NCBI GenBank assembly: GCA_964016885.1 | Contig: OZ024743.1 | Span: 88,722,001 to 88,786,000 of the forward strand | Direction of reading: 5' to 3' | DNA: 64,000 bases | DNA from: Eledone cirrhosa | Lineage: Eukaryota | Shown: piece by piece, positions 12,546 through 24,455 of the stretch | How the letters are laid out: every line of letters starts with the position of its first letter | Position numbering within the stretch: the stretch's first letter is position 1 | Notes under the pieces: generated by a model | Seen by the model: the letters and a program-made list of their open reading frames with translations, nothing else | Told to the model about the DNA's origin: nothing | Database searches by the model: none | Made by a program: the position numbers and the translations under genes

Positions 12546-13124
12546 TACCTACCTACCTACCTACATACATAGATACATACATACAAATATGTGTTAGCCA
12601 TCAGTCTTATTGTGTATATTCTACTGGAAATTAAGGTATATCCTTTAACCTATATCCTTTTTCATGTTTACTTTCCTCTCAACAAAACCATATTTTATAC
12701 TTACTATCTATAATAAATTCTTTACATTTTGTCATCCATCTTGTTACAGCAGTCTCCAAGAATTTCTCTACATCTCATAATTTAGTTGTTATACTTTTAT
12801 ACATTGATAAAGTTTAGCTACATTCTAATTTCCAGCTATAAAGGAAATTTGGTTTTGTTCTTTAACAAATTCTTTAATATATTTATTAACTCCTTCCTGA
12901 GAAAAAAAAAATGACAATAAAATAGAGGATACAGTTGACATTATCCCTGGCTCCAAATAATCCACTATCATATTTGGGTTTCTCTGTCTCATCCGGCAGT
13001 GTTCCAATAGTCAGATAATCTTGTGGTGTCTATCTCCTCTCTAACAATGGTTGACTATTGGTTTCTCTGTAAGTGGCTTATCAAACTTAACTCCAGTTAA
13101 CAACATGGTGAAATCACAATCATC

Positions 13125-13471
13125 TACTCTCAAATCCCAAAATAATAGGAGCGAGGGGAATTGCTAATTTTTCTAGGTTGTCTCCCTTGATATTAAAAAA
13201 ACCCATAATTAGTTGTTTAATTTACATAACCCAACTCATCCTATTTATTTTATAACATATAAGATTTCCAGTAATGTTCTTTTTTTGTCATGTATAATGT
13301 TTTTTTAATGTATAGTGAAAATAAATTATTGCAGGAATGCTACTACTTAAAATAAAATTTCACTGGAGATAGATTAGGAAAATTTAATAAGCAGGGGGTG
13401 GGTTGGAATAAGAGCAGGAGGGCTGGAAATTGATAAGGAGGAGTGTGGTAATTATTCGAGACCCGAGAGTA
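13125..13471. mobile_element. TA-flanked MITE (Tc1/mariner or pogo type)
   Basis: Imperfect TIRs TACTCTCAAATCCCAAAATAA / TTATTCGAGACCCGAGAGTA; related copy at about 42485-43058. Confidence 0.6.
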
Positions 13472-13571
13472 CACACACTCACACACTTCTGTGTATGTAT
13501 ATCGATTATTAGGTGATTAGTTTAACATTGTTTTTAATTCTTAAGAAAATCTGATAATCAGGTTCCCTTAA

Positions 13572-13779
13572 CCCTTTAGTATTTACATTACTCTCTATAT
13601 ACTATTGTATTTTCCTAGTAAAGGATTTATCTCACATAATATCGAATCTATGAGATTTTGATATTATTTATTTTGAAAACAATACCTTAACATCAGTATG
13701 AGTGGTTAGTTATGGCCAGTTTGAACAGAAAATAATAAGAGAATTCTGGATGGATATGGCCAGTTTAAATGCTAAAGGG
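13572..13779. mobile_element. piggyBac-like MITE with TTAA target duplication
   Basis: TTAA|CCCTTTAGTATTTA ... TAAATGCTAAAGGG|TTAA. Confidence 0.85.
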
Positions 13780-13867
13780 TTAAGGAACATCTTTTTAAGG
13801 AGCAGGTCAGAGGATAGTATGTGACCCTTTTTTGATAACTTTAAAGAAAATTTAAATTTATTAATAA

Positions 13868-14792
13868 CTAGCAGATTTACCTGGCGTTGCTCGGGGTTTG
13901 AAATTATGCTAAGAATATACAGCTAGGAAGTAAAAGAAGAAAATTATTTGTCCCCAACCTGTCAAAATAAGCAGAAGTCTTCAATAATTAATGCAAACGA
14001 ATATTTAATGCAATCTTTGTACACCTAAAACTATGCTGATAATGAAGGAAAACACTGAACAGGATGTAGTTATACAAATGATTAAAGACAATACACGTTG
14101 CAAATCTGTAAAAAAACAGGCAGTTTTGCTAAAGTACAAAAAGTTGTAATGAAAGCAGAGTTGTATACAAACCAAAAAACAATGAGAGTAGAATAAGAGA
14201 AAATGTATTCTTTGAGAGCATCCTTTGCTGTGTATGGTTAAATTTTGAACTTATAATCCAAAATATCCTGCATGACATTCATTGGTATGTTTTGTAATGA
14301 GTAAGGTGAAGTCAAAGCAGAGCTGTAATAAGTTTTTTTTGTTAACACTAAAGCACTTCAGGATAGACGATAATCTTTGTTTTTCTTTTCGGAACAAACG
14401 CAAAGAGATTATCTCGACTGCCAAATCGTGAGGAGGCAACGTAGAATTGTCCGTGCGAAAAGCAAGGTTCATCCAAGTGAATTCTAAGAATGTCTCCAGA
14501 AAATGTTGATGACAGAAGTTGGTAGTACCGCATCTGCTCTTGTTCCTTTCGGTATTATAGGAAGGGTGATACCCCCCATAACATCACTGCAATCCCGTAT
14601 GTCTTGCAAAGACCTGTCTAGTGCCTCAAGAGCACCTTTGTGCGCCATTGTGCACTCATCCAAAACAATAAGGTGACACCTTCGCAGCAGATGAGCCCTT
14701 TCGGAGTCTTTGGTGATATGACAAGTAGGAGTTTCCAGTTTTGCCAAATCAAGGGGCAATTTAAAAACTGAATGTGCCGTCCTTCCACCAGG
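13868..14792 (-). mobile_element. Internally deleted Helitron carrying PIF1-like helicase remnants
   Basis: GGRTAHSVFKLP, LIVLDECTMAHK..LEALDRSLQDIR and PCFSHGQFYVASSR motifs; 3' hairpin CCCCGAGCAACGCCAGG then CTAG at 13868-13871. Confidence 0.9.
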
Positions 14793-14919
14793 GAAAATAC
14801 AATAGTAAATATAGAGTAATGTAAATGCTAAACAATTAAGTGGTGGATCATGATTAAAAAATATAGATCCAATCATATTCTGTTTAAGTATTCACTTCAT
14901 TTCTAAATATGTCATCTAC

Positions 14920-14923
<4 letters not shown>

Positions 14924-14959
<36 letters not shown>

Positions 14960-15140
14960 TGTTTCTACTTTAGGCACAAGGCCAGCAATTACCCAGTGCA
15001 TTACTGGTACTTTATTTTATCGACCCCGTAAGGATGAAAGGCAAAGTCAACCTCGGCGGCATTTGAACTCAGATCAAATCCCGTCGAGGTTGACTTTGCC
15101 TTTCATCCTTACGGGGTCGATAAAATAAAGTACCAGTAAT
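14924..15140. mobile_element. Head-to-head palindromic SINE 3' halves with (AAT)n ends
   Basis: ATTACTGGTACTTTATTTTATCGACCCCGTAAGGATGAAAGGCAAAGTCAACCTCG is mirrored by CGAGGTTGACTTTGCCTTTCATCCTTACGGGGTCGATAAAATAAAGTACCAGTAAT. Confidence 0.8.
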
Positions 15141-15485
15141 AATAATAATAATAATAATGATTTCTTTATTAACCACAAGGGTTTACATAAAGTAGACATT
15201 AAGGACAGTACAGGACAATACAGGACGGTACAAATGGGCATTTCTGCCTGTAAAAAAAACAGAGGATGTAATAAAAATTAACAATGAAAAATTCCCCAAT
15301 AGGGGGGAGACTTCCGAGGGACATTTGTGGAGAAAGCCCATTAAAAGGCCACAGTGACCCTGACCACCAGAGCAAGTGCCCTCTCCCAGTTTTCCACCTT
15401 TAATTTACAGACAGATACTCAGAGTAGGCCCATTGACACGGGCCATACTTGCTTCTTTCACCCATCTTTCACCCATCTTTCAACA
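15141..15485 (-). mobile_element. 5'-truncated sibling copy of the Tx1 LINE 3' end
   Basis: Diverged duplicate of 15488-15830, including the ORF2 end (NGPTLS.CL*) and 3'UTR. Confidence 0.9.
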
Positions 15486-15758
15486 AAATAATAATAATAA
15501 TAATAATGATTTCTTTATTAACCACAAGGGTTTACATAAAGTAGACACTAAGGACAGTACAGGACAATACAGGACGGTACAAATGGGCATTTCTGCGTGT
15601 AAAAAAAAACAAAAACAGGATGTAACAAAAAATAACAATGAAAAAATTTCCCATTAGGGGGGAGACTTCCGAGGGACATTTGTGGAGAAAGCCCATTAAA
15701 AGCCACAGTGACTCTGACCACCAGGGCAAGTGCCCTCTCCCAGTTTTCCACCTTTAAT

Positions 15759-18700
15759 TTACAGACACATACTCAGAGTAGGCCCATTCACTCGGGCCAT
15801 ACTTGCCTCTCTCACCCATCTTTCAACAAAATGCTGGGAAGAGAGCACTTCCCTCTCTACCCTGATTTTCCTTTTCAAATGAAATTTGAAAAAGTTAATC
15901 AGGGCATCACCGAAGAGGTAAGTGCTCGTCTTCAGCCCTTTCAAACGTGTCCACCTTACTATCTCTTTCGCCATGGTCACCAGACAGATAAAAACTGCCT
16001 GCTCTTCCCGGCTAAAGGAAGAGGGCGGGGAAATCCTCACGATGGACTCAGCTGATAGCTGGATCCGTCCCACACGCGACAGCAGGTGTTCGACATAAAC
16101 CCACAAGTCAGCAATTCTCGGACACTGGACGAGTGCGTGCAGGACGGTTTCGTTGCCCTGCGCGCATGTCAGACATGCCCGGCTGACGGCACCTCCATGC
16201 CTGTAGAGTTTATCCCAAACTGGCAAGGCTCCTCGGTAGCACTGCCAGGCCAGGGATTTCTGGAAGTTGTCCATAGGCCCCGGCCCGAAAGTTCTTCCAA
16301 AGAGATTGGCTAGTTGATTTTCATCGAGGCCTAGAGTTTCCCCAAGTACGTCGTCGCTCTTCCCCTCCACTAATCCTCTATAGAACCCTGAGGTGGAGTT
16401 TCCACCAATCACATTGCCTGATTGGTCGAGGGCTGTGAGCGCCTGAAGACATTCCAGTCTCCAAGCGCTCCCTCTCGGTCTTCGCTTGACCCAGGACTGC
16501 AGCTCCGTCAAGGAAATGAGCTGGGGAAAGACGTGTCTAGCAAACGGCGACCACACCTGATCACCGTCGAGGAAGAGGTGGAGATGTCGTAGCCTGAGCG
16601 CGTGTCTGCGCATCATCAGCCACAGCATGCCCAGCCCTCCACGTAGCGGGTGTTGACAACAGATGGACCGCCTGACCATCGGAGCGCGTCCCTTCCACAA
16701 AAAGCGAAAGAGCAAACGCTCCAGCGCAGTCAGGCGGGGCTTAGGACAAGGTACGACGGTCAGGCGGTAGCAGATGATGGACGCGATGTACGCGTTAGCC
16801 ACCTCCGCTCGACCTTTCAGGGATATCTTCCTCTCCGCCCATTTCTGGGTGAGAGAAGCCACCCTGCTCGTCACCTCGTCCCAGTTTTTGTCCATCTGGA
16901 GGTCCGGACCGAACCAGACCCCTAGCAATTTAACCGGTCCGTCCGTCCAGCGCCTGACGACGCTGTTGGACGGCATGGATCTGCCTCTCCAGGTGCCGAG
17001 CTGCAGGCCCACTGACTTTTCCTGGTTGATCATTGCTCCTGTCACCGCTTCGTATTCTCTTAGTGTAGTGTCGATCGCCTCGATGTGTTTGGCGTTCGAC
17101 ACCACTACGGTGACATCGTCCGCATATGCTGACACGGATCTTCCGCATCCTAGTTCGCGCGGGACCCCCCTCAACGTCTCCAGTTTGGGCAGTAATGGCT
17201 CGAGAGTCAATACGTACAAGAGGGACGAGAGGGGACATCCTTGGCGGACCGAGCGCATGATGTTGAACGGTTCCGAAAGGTGACCGTTCACTCTCACCAC
17301 AGAGCAGATGTCGCTGTGCATGGCAGCGATCCAGCCTCTGAAGACGGGCCCTAAGCCAGCCGCTAGGTAACGATGGTCGACCCTATCGAAAGCTTTCGAC
17401 TGATCTAAATTGATCAAGGACCCACCCGTGCTAGGTTCCCTAGCTACCCTCTCTACGATGTATCGCATGAGGTGGAGGTTGTCGTGGATGGATCTGTCGG
17501 GAATGGTGCATGTCTGCGCCTCTCCCACCAGACCACCAACGACAAGCGCCAACCTCTTTGCTAGCACCTTGGCCAAAATCTTGAACTCTGTGTTTAGAAG
17601 AGTTATGGGCCAAAAATTATCTATGTTATCCCCCTTGTTCGGATCCTTTCTCAGCAGCGCCACCGCTCCTCGGCTCACAGAGCTGGTAATTCTCCCGTTC
17701 TGTTGCCAGTTGCAGTAGACGTCCACCAAGAGGCCTCCGAACAAGTCTGGCATCTGTACGTAAAGTTCATAGGGCAGACCATCCAAACCAGGCGATTTAC
17801 CCCTTGTGCAGCCAGTCATTGCCTCCCGTACTTCAGCGGCTGTTATCGGCTTTTCGCAACACTCCGCCTCAGTGGCCGAGAGCCGCGGAAGTCCGTCGAG
17901 GTAGACACTAAAGTCCATCCCTCGATCCGGCCCGCCGCTGCCCCCGAACAGCTGTGCGAAGTGTCGCTGAAAAGTTTCACACATTTGCCCGGGATCGAGT
18001 AGCATGCACCCGTCGTGGTCCACCAAAGACCGGATCGTGGCTTTGTTGTCACGACGCGCCTCCGCCACTCGGGCCCATTGAACGGCTTTCGTCCCCTCGT
18101 GTCTGAGAGCACGCACACTAGCTCTGACAACGCAGCCTTCGTGCTTTGCTTTGAAGAATTGGTCAAGGGCCAATTTCGCCGCAAGTACGTCGGTCGCGAT
18201 GCCTTTGCTAAGCGCCTCGTCTAATTTTCTAACAAGTTCTCCCTCTGCTCTATTTTTCTTTATTGCTAAAGCCTTACTAAACCTAATGGACTCTATTCTA
18301 ATCGCTCTTTTCAGAGCAAACCACCACTTGTTGTTGACGATGGCCCCCGTCAACGCCCGCTTAACTAGTTCGCTAATCCGGTCTCTGTAGGCCTTGCGCG
18401 CTGGTAAGGACGCGTTTAGCTTCCAGTAGCCGGGTCTTCGTCTATGAAGCCTATCTAAGTCAAGCACACATATCACGAATTTGTGGTCTGTGTAGCTGAC
18501 TATCTTGAATTGTGGACAGCCTATGCTAGACCTATCTATTTCCCTACAAAATACTCTATCTAGATATGATCTGGATGACCCTATGCGATTTGTCCAAGTC
18601 CACATTGGCACATTCGGGAAATCCAATCGGCACCTGTCAGACAGTTCAAAACGCCTGAGCAGGTTGGTGAGGTTTTTGCACCCTCCTCCTCTATCCGCTA

Positions 18701-19164
18701 ATCCCTCACAGTCCCAGCGTGCATCTAAGATCCCGTTCCAGTCGCCCACTAACACTAAAGAGCGGAACGTTCCTAGAAAGGTCTCCAGACGCCGGAAGAA
18801 ATCAGGCCGCTCTGCTCCTGTCGGGGCATAGATGGCCACTAGCCTGAAAGCTTGCCCGTCTCCGCTGGTCACGTCCAGCACCACCAACTTACCTTCTGGG
18901 TCCAGGAAGATGGCCCGTATGGCGAGATCCAAACCTCTCCGAAAAAGCACAGCAACCCCCCCCCCCCGATCCAGGACGGCTGGGAGATGCGTACACATCG
19001 TAGCCGCCGAAGATCGGTGGGAAGCCCCGCGCTTCGGAGATTCTGGTCTCGCTGATGGCCAGTACATCTATGTTTAGTGACCTGAGGTCGTTGAGCAGGT
19101 GGCCCTGCTTCCACGATGACCCCAAGCCACGCGCATTTATGCTGCCTATTCTGAGTGAGGTCAT
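15759..19164 (-). pseudogene. Tx1 ORF2: APE endonuclease, reverse transcriptase and C-terminal zf-RVT, frameshifted at a C12 run (18956-18967)
   Basis: MTSLRIGSINARGL (ATG at 19164), IYAP, GDWN, SYLDR, TDHK, KSPGLDG, DQSKAFDRV, RQGCPLS, YADD and CLTC..ETVLHALVQC; apparent short in-frame loss after HRYLAA. Confidence 0.92.
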
Positions 19165-19203
19165 GTTGAAATGGAGTGGAAAAGATGGGAAAGACCACTT
19201 ACC

Positions 19204-21099
19204 TTACTTCTCGTAGAGGAAGGATGGTTTCTCCATCCTTTTCACTGCTTCTGGCCTCCTCAGGAAGGATGTCCTTATAAATCCTCCTGAAAAGTGCTTG
19301 TCGGAAGTCTCTGATGTCTTTGGGGAATTTTTATTTTAGTGTCGTGTACGTTTTCTGTGTGATGCGAGTGATTTGTATGTGTGGAGGTGGTGTGAACTTT
19401 TGGGTTGTTGTGTAGTCTTTTTCTGTGATGCTGGTGTTGTGTTGGATGTAGTGTAATAATTGGTTGTTGTTCAAATTTATTGCTGTGTAGTGTGTATCGT
19501 TTTGGTTGTTTTGTTTTGTTTGCGTTTGTTGTGGGTTTGTTTCTGTTTCGCTTTTTGGTGACTTTTGTGGTGTTGGTGATGGTGGTGTTGGGGTTAATGA
19601 TGGTGATGGTGTTGGTGTTTATGGTGATGGGGTTGGTGATGCTGGTGTGGATGGTGGCATAGCTGTCCTAACTTTTTGTTTGATAGTTTATTTGTTTCCC
19701 TCTGTATTTTGTTTTTGGAGGGGGAAGGAAGGGGATTTTTTCTTTTTTGGTTTCTTTTTCTTCTTTTCTTTTTTTCTGATACCGTTTCCCACTCCTCGTC
19801 GTCACAATCTGTCTCCAGTTGCGATAGGTCAGGGAGTGGAAAATCCTCCACAGGCGTTGGTTTTGGTTGTGGCGTGGTGGATGGTGTAGGCGCTGGTGCT
19901 AGTTCTGGCGCGTTGGGTGGTGGTGGTGTTGGTTTTGCTACTGTTGCTGTTACAGTTGCTTCAGTTGTTGCTGCCATTTCTGCTGCTGGTGGTGTTGATG
20001 GTTGAGTCACTGGGGTGGGTAAGAGAGGTGGCCTCAACCTTTTATCCTGAGGGCAGAAAGCCCTTAGGTGGGTTCCTTCACCACAAACGACACACCTAGG
20101 CCTTCTGCCCTCGACGATTACGGTGAGGTGGCTGCCGTCAGTGAGGTCTATTACCTCTGGGATCTCCTCAATGCTTTTTTGGTCCGCTTGGATCAGGAGC
20201 TCTATCCCAGATCCGGACCAGTTCTCCTGCTTTTCTTTCGCTATTTCGATTATCTTGGTATTGGCTTCGATGCCGGCGAGGACGGTAGCCATTAACCAGG
20301 GAATTTCGATGGCCGGTGGAACGTGGGTCACCCTGATCTTCACGAGTCTCTGGCCACAATAGCTTGGGACGAGTGAAGTCGTCACTTCTTAATGGGGCCA
20401 TGGAGTGTTCTCTGGCCTCCTGTGGTGTTTCAAAGAACACGTCCACGGTTCCATATTTCTGCCCACGTCTGATGTGGGTTTTTTTTGCCCACACATGTCC
20501 CAAAGTTTTTTGGATTTGGGACTCGAATGCCTTGGCGCGATTTTATGTTAATCGTCCGATAAGACACGGTGCATAGGCGCCGATGCTCCATTTTATTAGG
20601 TGGGGTGAGGCTGACCCTGTACCCATCTTTCTTTACCATTTTTTTGGCTTCTTCTAATTCCTCCGGAGTTACCTGGAATGCTTCGCACTTTTTTGCTACT
20701 CTGGCAAAAGACAGGGTTTTCTTATTCTCATTGTTGCTGTTGTTGTTATCGTTATTTTTGTTATTGTTAATTTTAGTTTCAGCTGTGGTGGTTGTGGCGT
20801 CAGTGGTGTTCGGTGTGGAAGAGTTCATTTTGGCTGAGTTCGTTTCGATATCACGAGATAATTTATTTTTTTCTTTTGTTTCTGTTGTCGCTGTGGTGGT
20901 GGTGGGGGTGGCGGCTTCAACACCTGCAGTCATTGGTAATGGCGGGAAATGAATGTCTGAATGTGACAAATTTAAAATATTGCTACTGCTTATATTTTTA
21001 GTGTTGGCAAACGTAGTAATATTTACAATGGTGGTGTCGGTGAGGTGTTAGTTTGTGAGGAAGGCTCTCAGCTACTGGGTTCAGCTGTGAGTCGGCCAT
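19204..21099 (-). pseudogene. Tx1 ORF1 (gag-like, CX2CX4HX4C zinc knuckle), with several frameshifts
   Basis: Fragments 20430-20969, 20168-20503 and 19594-20385; VIVEGRRPRCVVCGEGTHLRAFCP; Pro/Thr-rich linker and basic KKKRRKR; stop at 19204-19206; start at 21099 is inferred. Confidence 0.8.
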
Positions 21100-21319
21100 G
21101 ATTTTTCAAAGAAATTTTTTTTTTTTTGTTTGATAATTATAAAAGTTTAAATTTTGGGCTCAAGGCCCCAATCTTTTTGAGTGTCCTTTTCAGAAAACAA
21201 TGTATGTGCACTTATATACAGTTAATAATAAAAATTTCCATAAATGGCAATTCTAAACAACTGAAAATAACAAACCTTTGTGGAGCTCACGATAATACGA
21301 TTTACTACATAGGTTGCCA

Positions 21320-22165
21320 ATAATAATAATAATAATAATGATTTCATTTATTGGCCACAAGGGCCGACATCTAGGGGACAATACAAAGACAGGGACCATG
21401 GGGATTTACAATAAGGTCGAGTAAAAGTGCACAATGGCAAGATCAATTCAGCAATGAAGATATAAAAAATATAAAATAAACTATGCATAAATATAACAAA
21501 ATAAATTGCCCTATAGGGGGTGGACGACCCAGGGGTGACTCAGGTACCCCACCAATCCTGAACCACCCAACGCAGTGTGGTCCATGTCCACACTGGCGCA
21601 TTGGGGAAATCTAGTCGATACCTGTCAGACAGTTGGAACTGGCTGAGTAGGTGCTTGAGGCTTTTGCACCCCCCGCTCCTATCAGCTACTCCCACACAAT
21701 CCCAGCATGCGTCTAAGATGCCTTTCCAGTCCCCTGCTAACAGTAAAGGGCAAGACGTACCCAGAAAGGTTCCAGGTGCCTAAAGAAGTCCGGTTGTCCG
21801 GCCCCAGTAGGGGCGTAGATGGCCAGCAGTCTAAAGGCACCACCTTCGCTACTGCTCACATTCAAGACCACCAACTTACCGTCCGGGTCCCGGAAGATCG
21901 ACCTTACCTCGAGATCAAGTCCTTTCCTAAACAGCACTGCCACCCACCTCCCATTCCCGGCCTGCTAACAGATGCGAAGATCTGATAGTCGTCAAAAATG
22001 GGGGCTAGTGCGCACGTGTCGGAAATTCTGGTCTCGCTGACGGCAATCACATCCATTTCCAGAGACCTGAGGTCGTTGAGCAGGCGACCCTGCTTCCAGG
22101 GTGACCCTAGGCCGCGAACATTTAAACTTCCTACTCTTAATATGGCCATGTTGGCAAGCTAAAAA
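21320..22165 (-). mobile_element. Internally deleted copy of a related Tx1 family (APE region joined to a 3'UTR)
   Basis: MAILRVGSLNVRGLGSPWKQG..SETRIS..DPDGKLVVL..IYAPTG paralogous to the ORF2 N-terminus; jumps at about 21565 to a 3'UTR ending in (TTA)n. Confidence 0.85.
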
Positions 22166-22171
22166 GAGAGA

Positions 22172-22490
22172 GAATAATAATAATTGTTTCTACATTTGGC
22201 ACAAGGCCAGCAATTATCCAGTGCATTACTGGTACTTTATTGCACTGGGTAATTGCTGGCCTTGTGCCAATTGTAGAAACAATTATTATTATTATTATAT
22301 GGCAGTGAATTGGCAGTATCGGAAGAGGGTCGGACACCATGCTTTCTAGCACAGTTACGTCCCTTTACGGTCTGAGTTCAAATCCTGTCGAGGTTAACTT
22401 TGCCTTTCATCCTTATGGGGTCGATAAAATAAAGTACCAGTAATGTACTGGGTTATTGCTGGCCTTGTGCCAAAAGTAGGAACAATTATA
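22172..22490. mobile_element. Palindromic SINE tail (22172-22298) followed by a full tRNA-derived SINE (22300-22490, plus)
   Basis: TTGTTTCTACATTTGGCACAAGGCCAGCAATTA mirrored; then GGCAGTGAATTGGCAG...GAGTTCAAATCC...GGTCGATAAAAT. Confidence 0.8.
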
Positions 22491-22806
22491 TGTAGATGAC
22501 AGTTAAGTGGTGGATCATGATTAAAAAAACTAGACCCAATCATATTCTGTTTTAGTATTCATTTCATTTCCAAATATGTCATCTACATATGTTTGGTTAT
22601 TGCTAGATTAGGTTCCAAATGGTGGATTATGTTACTTGTCAGAACTGTATGCCATTATCTTTTATCTCTATTTGGTCTACTTGCTATGTTAAAATTGTAC
22701 TTTTACTTTTTAAAGGTAAAAATTCTATTGAATATCACATCAAATTATCAATGCAGTAAATTAGAATCAACCAACAGGCAATATATATATATATATATAT
22801 ATATAC

Positions 22807-22910
22807 ACAGTGTGTCTCAAAAACATGTATACACACTTCAACAGCATTCCGATAAATATTGCCTGTACGAGCAATCAAAATGTGTATACATTTTTGGGAC
22901 ATCTTGTGTG
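22807..22910. mobile_element. Short Tc1/mariner-type MITE
   Basis: CAGTGTGTCTCAAAAACATGTATACAC ... GTGTATACATTTTTGGGACATCTTG TIRs in a TA context; sibling at 31042-31160. Confidence 0.65.
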
Positions 22911-23045
22911 TATATATATATATTATATCCTTGTTTACATCGAGTGAGTGGGTAGCAGCCATGATTAATTTAATTTGTGTTGCAGCATGGCAGAACAACT
23001 TCAATTAATTTCAAAAACATTACCAGTAGATATGTATATATATAT

Positions 23046-23128
<83 letters not shown>

Positions 23129-23324
23129 TATGAATTATACAAATTTCTACCTTTTTTATATTTTTAGAAAATTTCTACAGAATTTTGTTTTAAACATTGC
23201 AATTATATACCCCACTTAAGAAATAGAATTTGGGTTTAAAGTTAGAGTTTAGGGATAGGGTTTGGGTTTTATCATCTTCATGAGTTGAAAAACCACATCT
23301 TGCAGATAAATTCCATCTTTTTGG

Positions 23325-23730
23325 CATGGTTTCTGTGCCTGGATGTCCGTCCTAACACCTTTTGACTACTTTACAGAGTGTAGTGTGCATTTTATTGGGG
23401 CACCGGCACTACTACTTTAAAGGGTGTATTGAGTGCATTTTATCTTTCCCTGAGTTCTATCATTTTACAGAGTGTACTGGGTGCATTTTATTGCAGCACC
23501 AGCACTACTACTTATGTTACATTGTGTACTGGGTGCATCTTATTGTGGCATCAATACTAATACTTTACTGTGTATTGAGTGCATTTTATTATAACACCAG
23601 CACGATCATTTTGCAGAGTGTACTGGGTGAATTTTATGGTAGCATCAATGCCACCATAAAATGTACAGGGTGCATTTTATCATGACATGGTGTGTACTGG
23701 ATGTATTTTATCACAACACCAACACTATGT
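23325..23730 (+). repeat. Degenerate ~48-bp minisatellite grown from the internal repeat of the RTE-family 3'UTR
   Basis: TTTACAGAGTGTACTGGGTGCATTTTATTG(T/C)(G/A)GCACCAGCAC units directly after a GGATG.CC.TCCTAACACC motif. Confidence 0.7.
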
Positions 23731-23784
23731 AGCAAAATTTCATAAATATCTGTAAAATGGACATCTTTATTTCTTTCCTTCATT

Positions 23785-24052
23785 TATCTTGCTTTTTATA
23801 ATAAATACACTGCAACGTGCATGCTGTATGTCTAAATATCTAAAGTTTGTCTCACGCCAGGAGGCATGTCAGGCCGGTGCTTATCCCAATTAAACCCCCA
23901 GCTATTGCTGGTACTCATTTTCATCTGAGTGTACTGGAGCAATGTGAAATGAAGTGTTTTGCTCAAGAACACAGCACATAACCCTGTCCAGGAATTGAAC
24001 CCACAACATTATGATCATAAGTCCAACACCCTTACCACTACCTCACATGCCT
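23785..24052 (-). mobile_element. tRNA-derived SINE
   Basis: Reverse complement of 5495-5660; close direct paralog at 62496-62757. Confidence 0.8.
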
Positions 24053-24099
24053 CTGTAATAACAATTGATCACTATAAATATTAGTTAAGAAAATTTAGT

Positions 24100-24455
24100 A
24101 AATCACCCCAAGAGACAGGACTTAGAGACATCTCCTAGGGGTAAATCCACACCCTTACCACTAGAATGTGGTAAATCATCCCAAGAGACAGGGCTTAGTA
24201 ATATCTAGTGGTAAGTCCAACACCCTTACCACTAGGGGGTGGTAGATCACCCCAACAGACAGGGCTTAGGGACATCTAGTGGTAAGTCCAACACCCTTAC
24301 CACTAGGGAGTGGTAGATCACCCCAACAGACAGGGCTTAGGGACATCTCCTGGTGGTAAGTCTAACACCCTTGCCACTAGGGTGTGGTAGATCACCCCCA
24401 ACAGACAGGGCTTAGGAACATCTTCTGGTGGTAAGTCTAACACCCTTACCACTAA
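24100..24455. repeat. About 71-74-bp minisatellite, about 5 copies
   Basis: GGTAGATCACCCCAACAGACAGGGCTTAGGGACATCT(CCT)GGTGGTAAGTCCAACACCCTTACCACTAGGG. Confidence 0.85.

Larger units (their letters stand above)
15488..21319 (-). mobile_element. Near full-length Tx1-clade (L1 group) non-LTR retrotransposon
   Basis: ORF1 with a CCHC knuckle plus ORF2 APE-RT-zf; 3'UTR ends in (TTA)n; (AAT)n on both flanks. Confidence 0.92.

Noticed and set aside
15708-20952. Many plus-strand ORFs over the Tx1 element
   Set aside because: Antisense shadows of GC-rich LINE coding sequence
23225-23270. Telomere-like TTAGGG variants
   Set aside because: Only a few degenerate units; not a telomeric array
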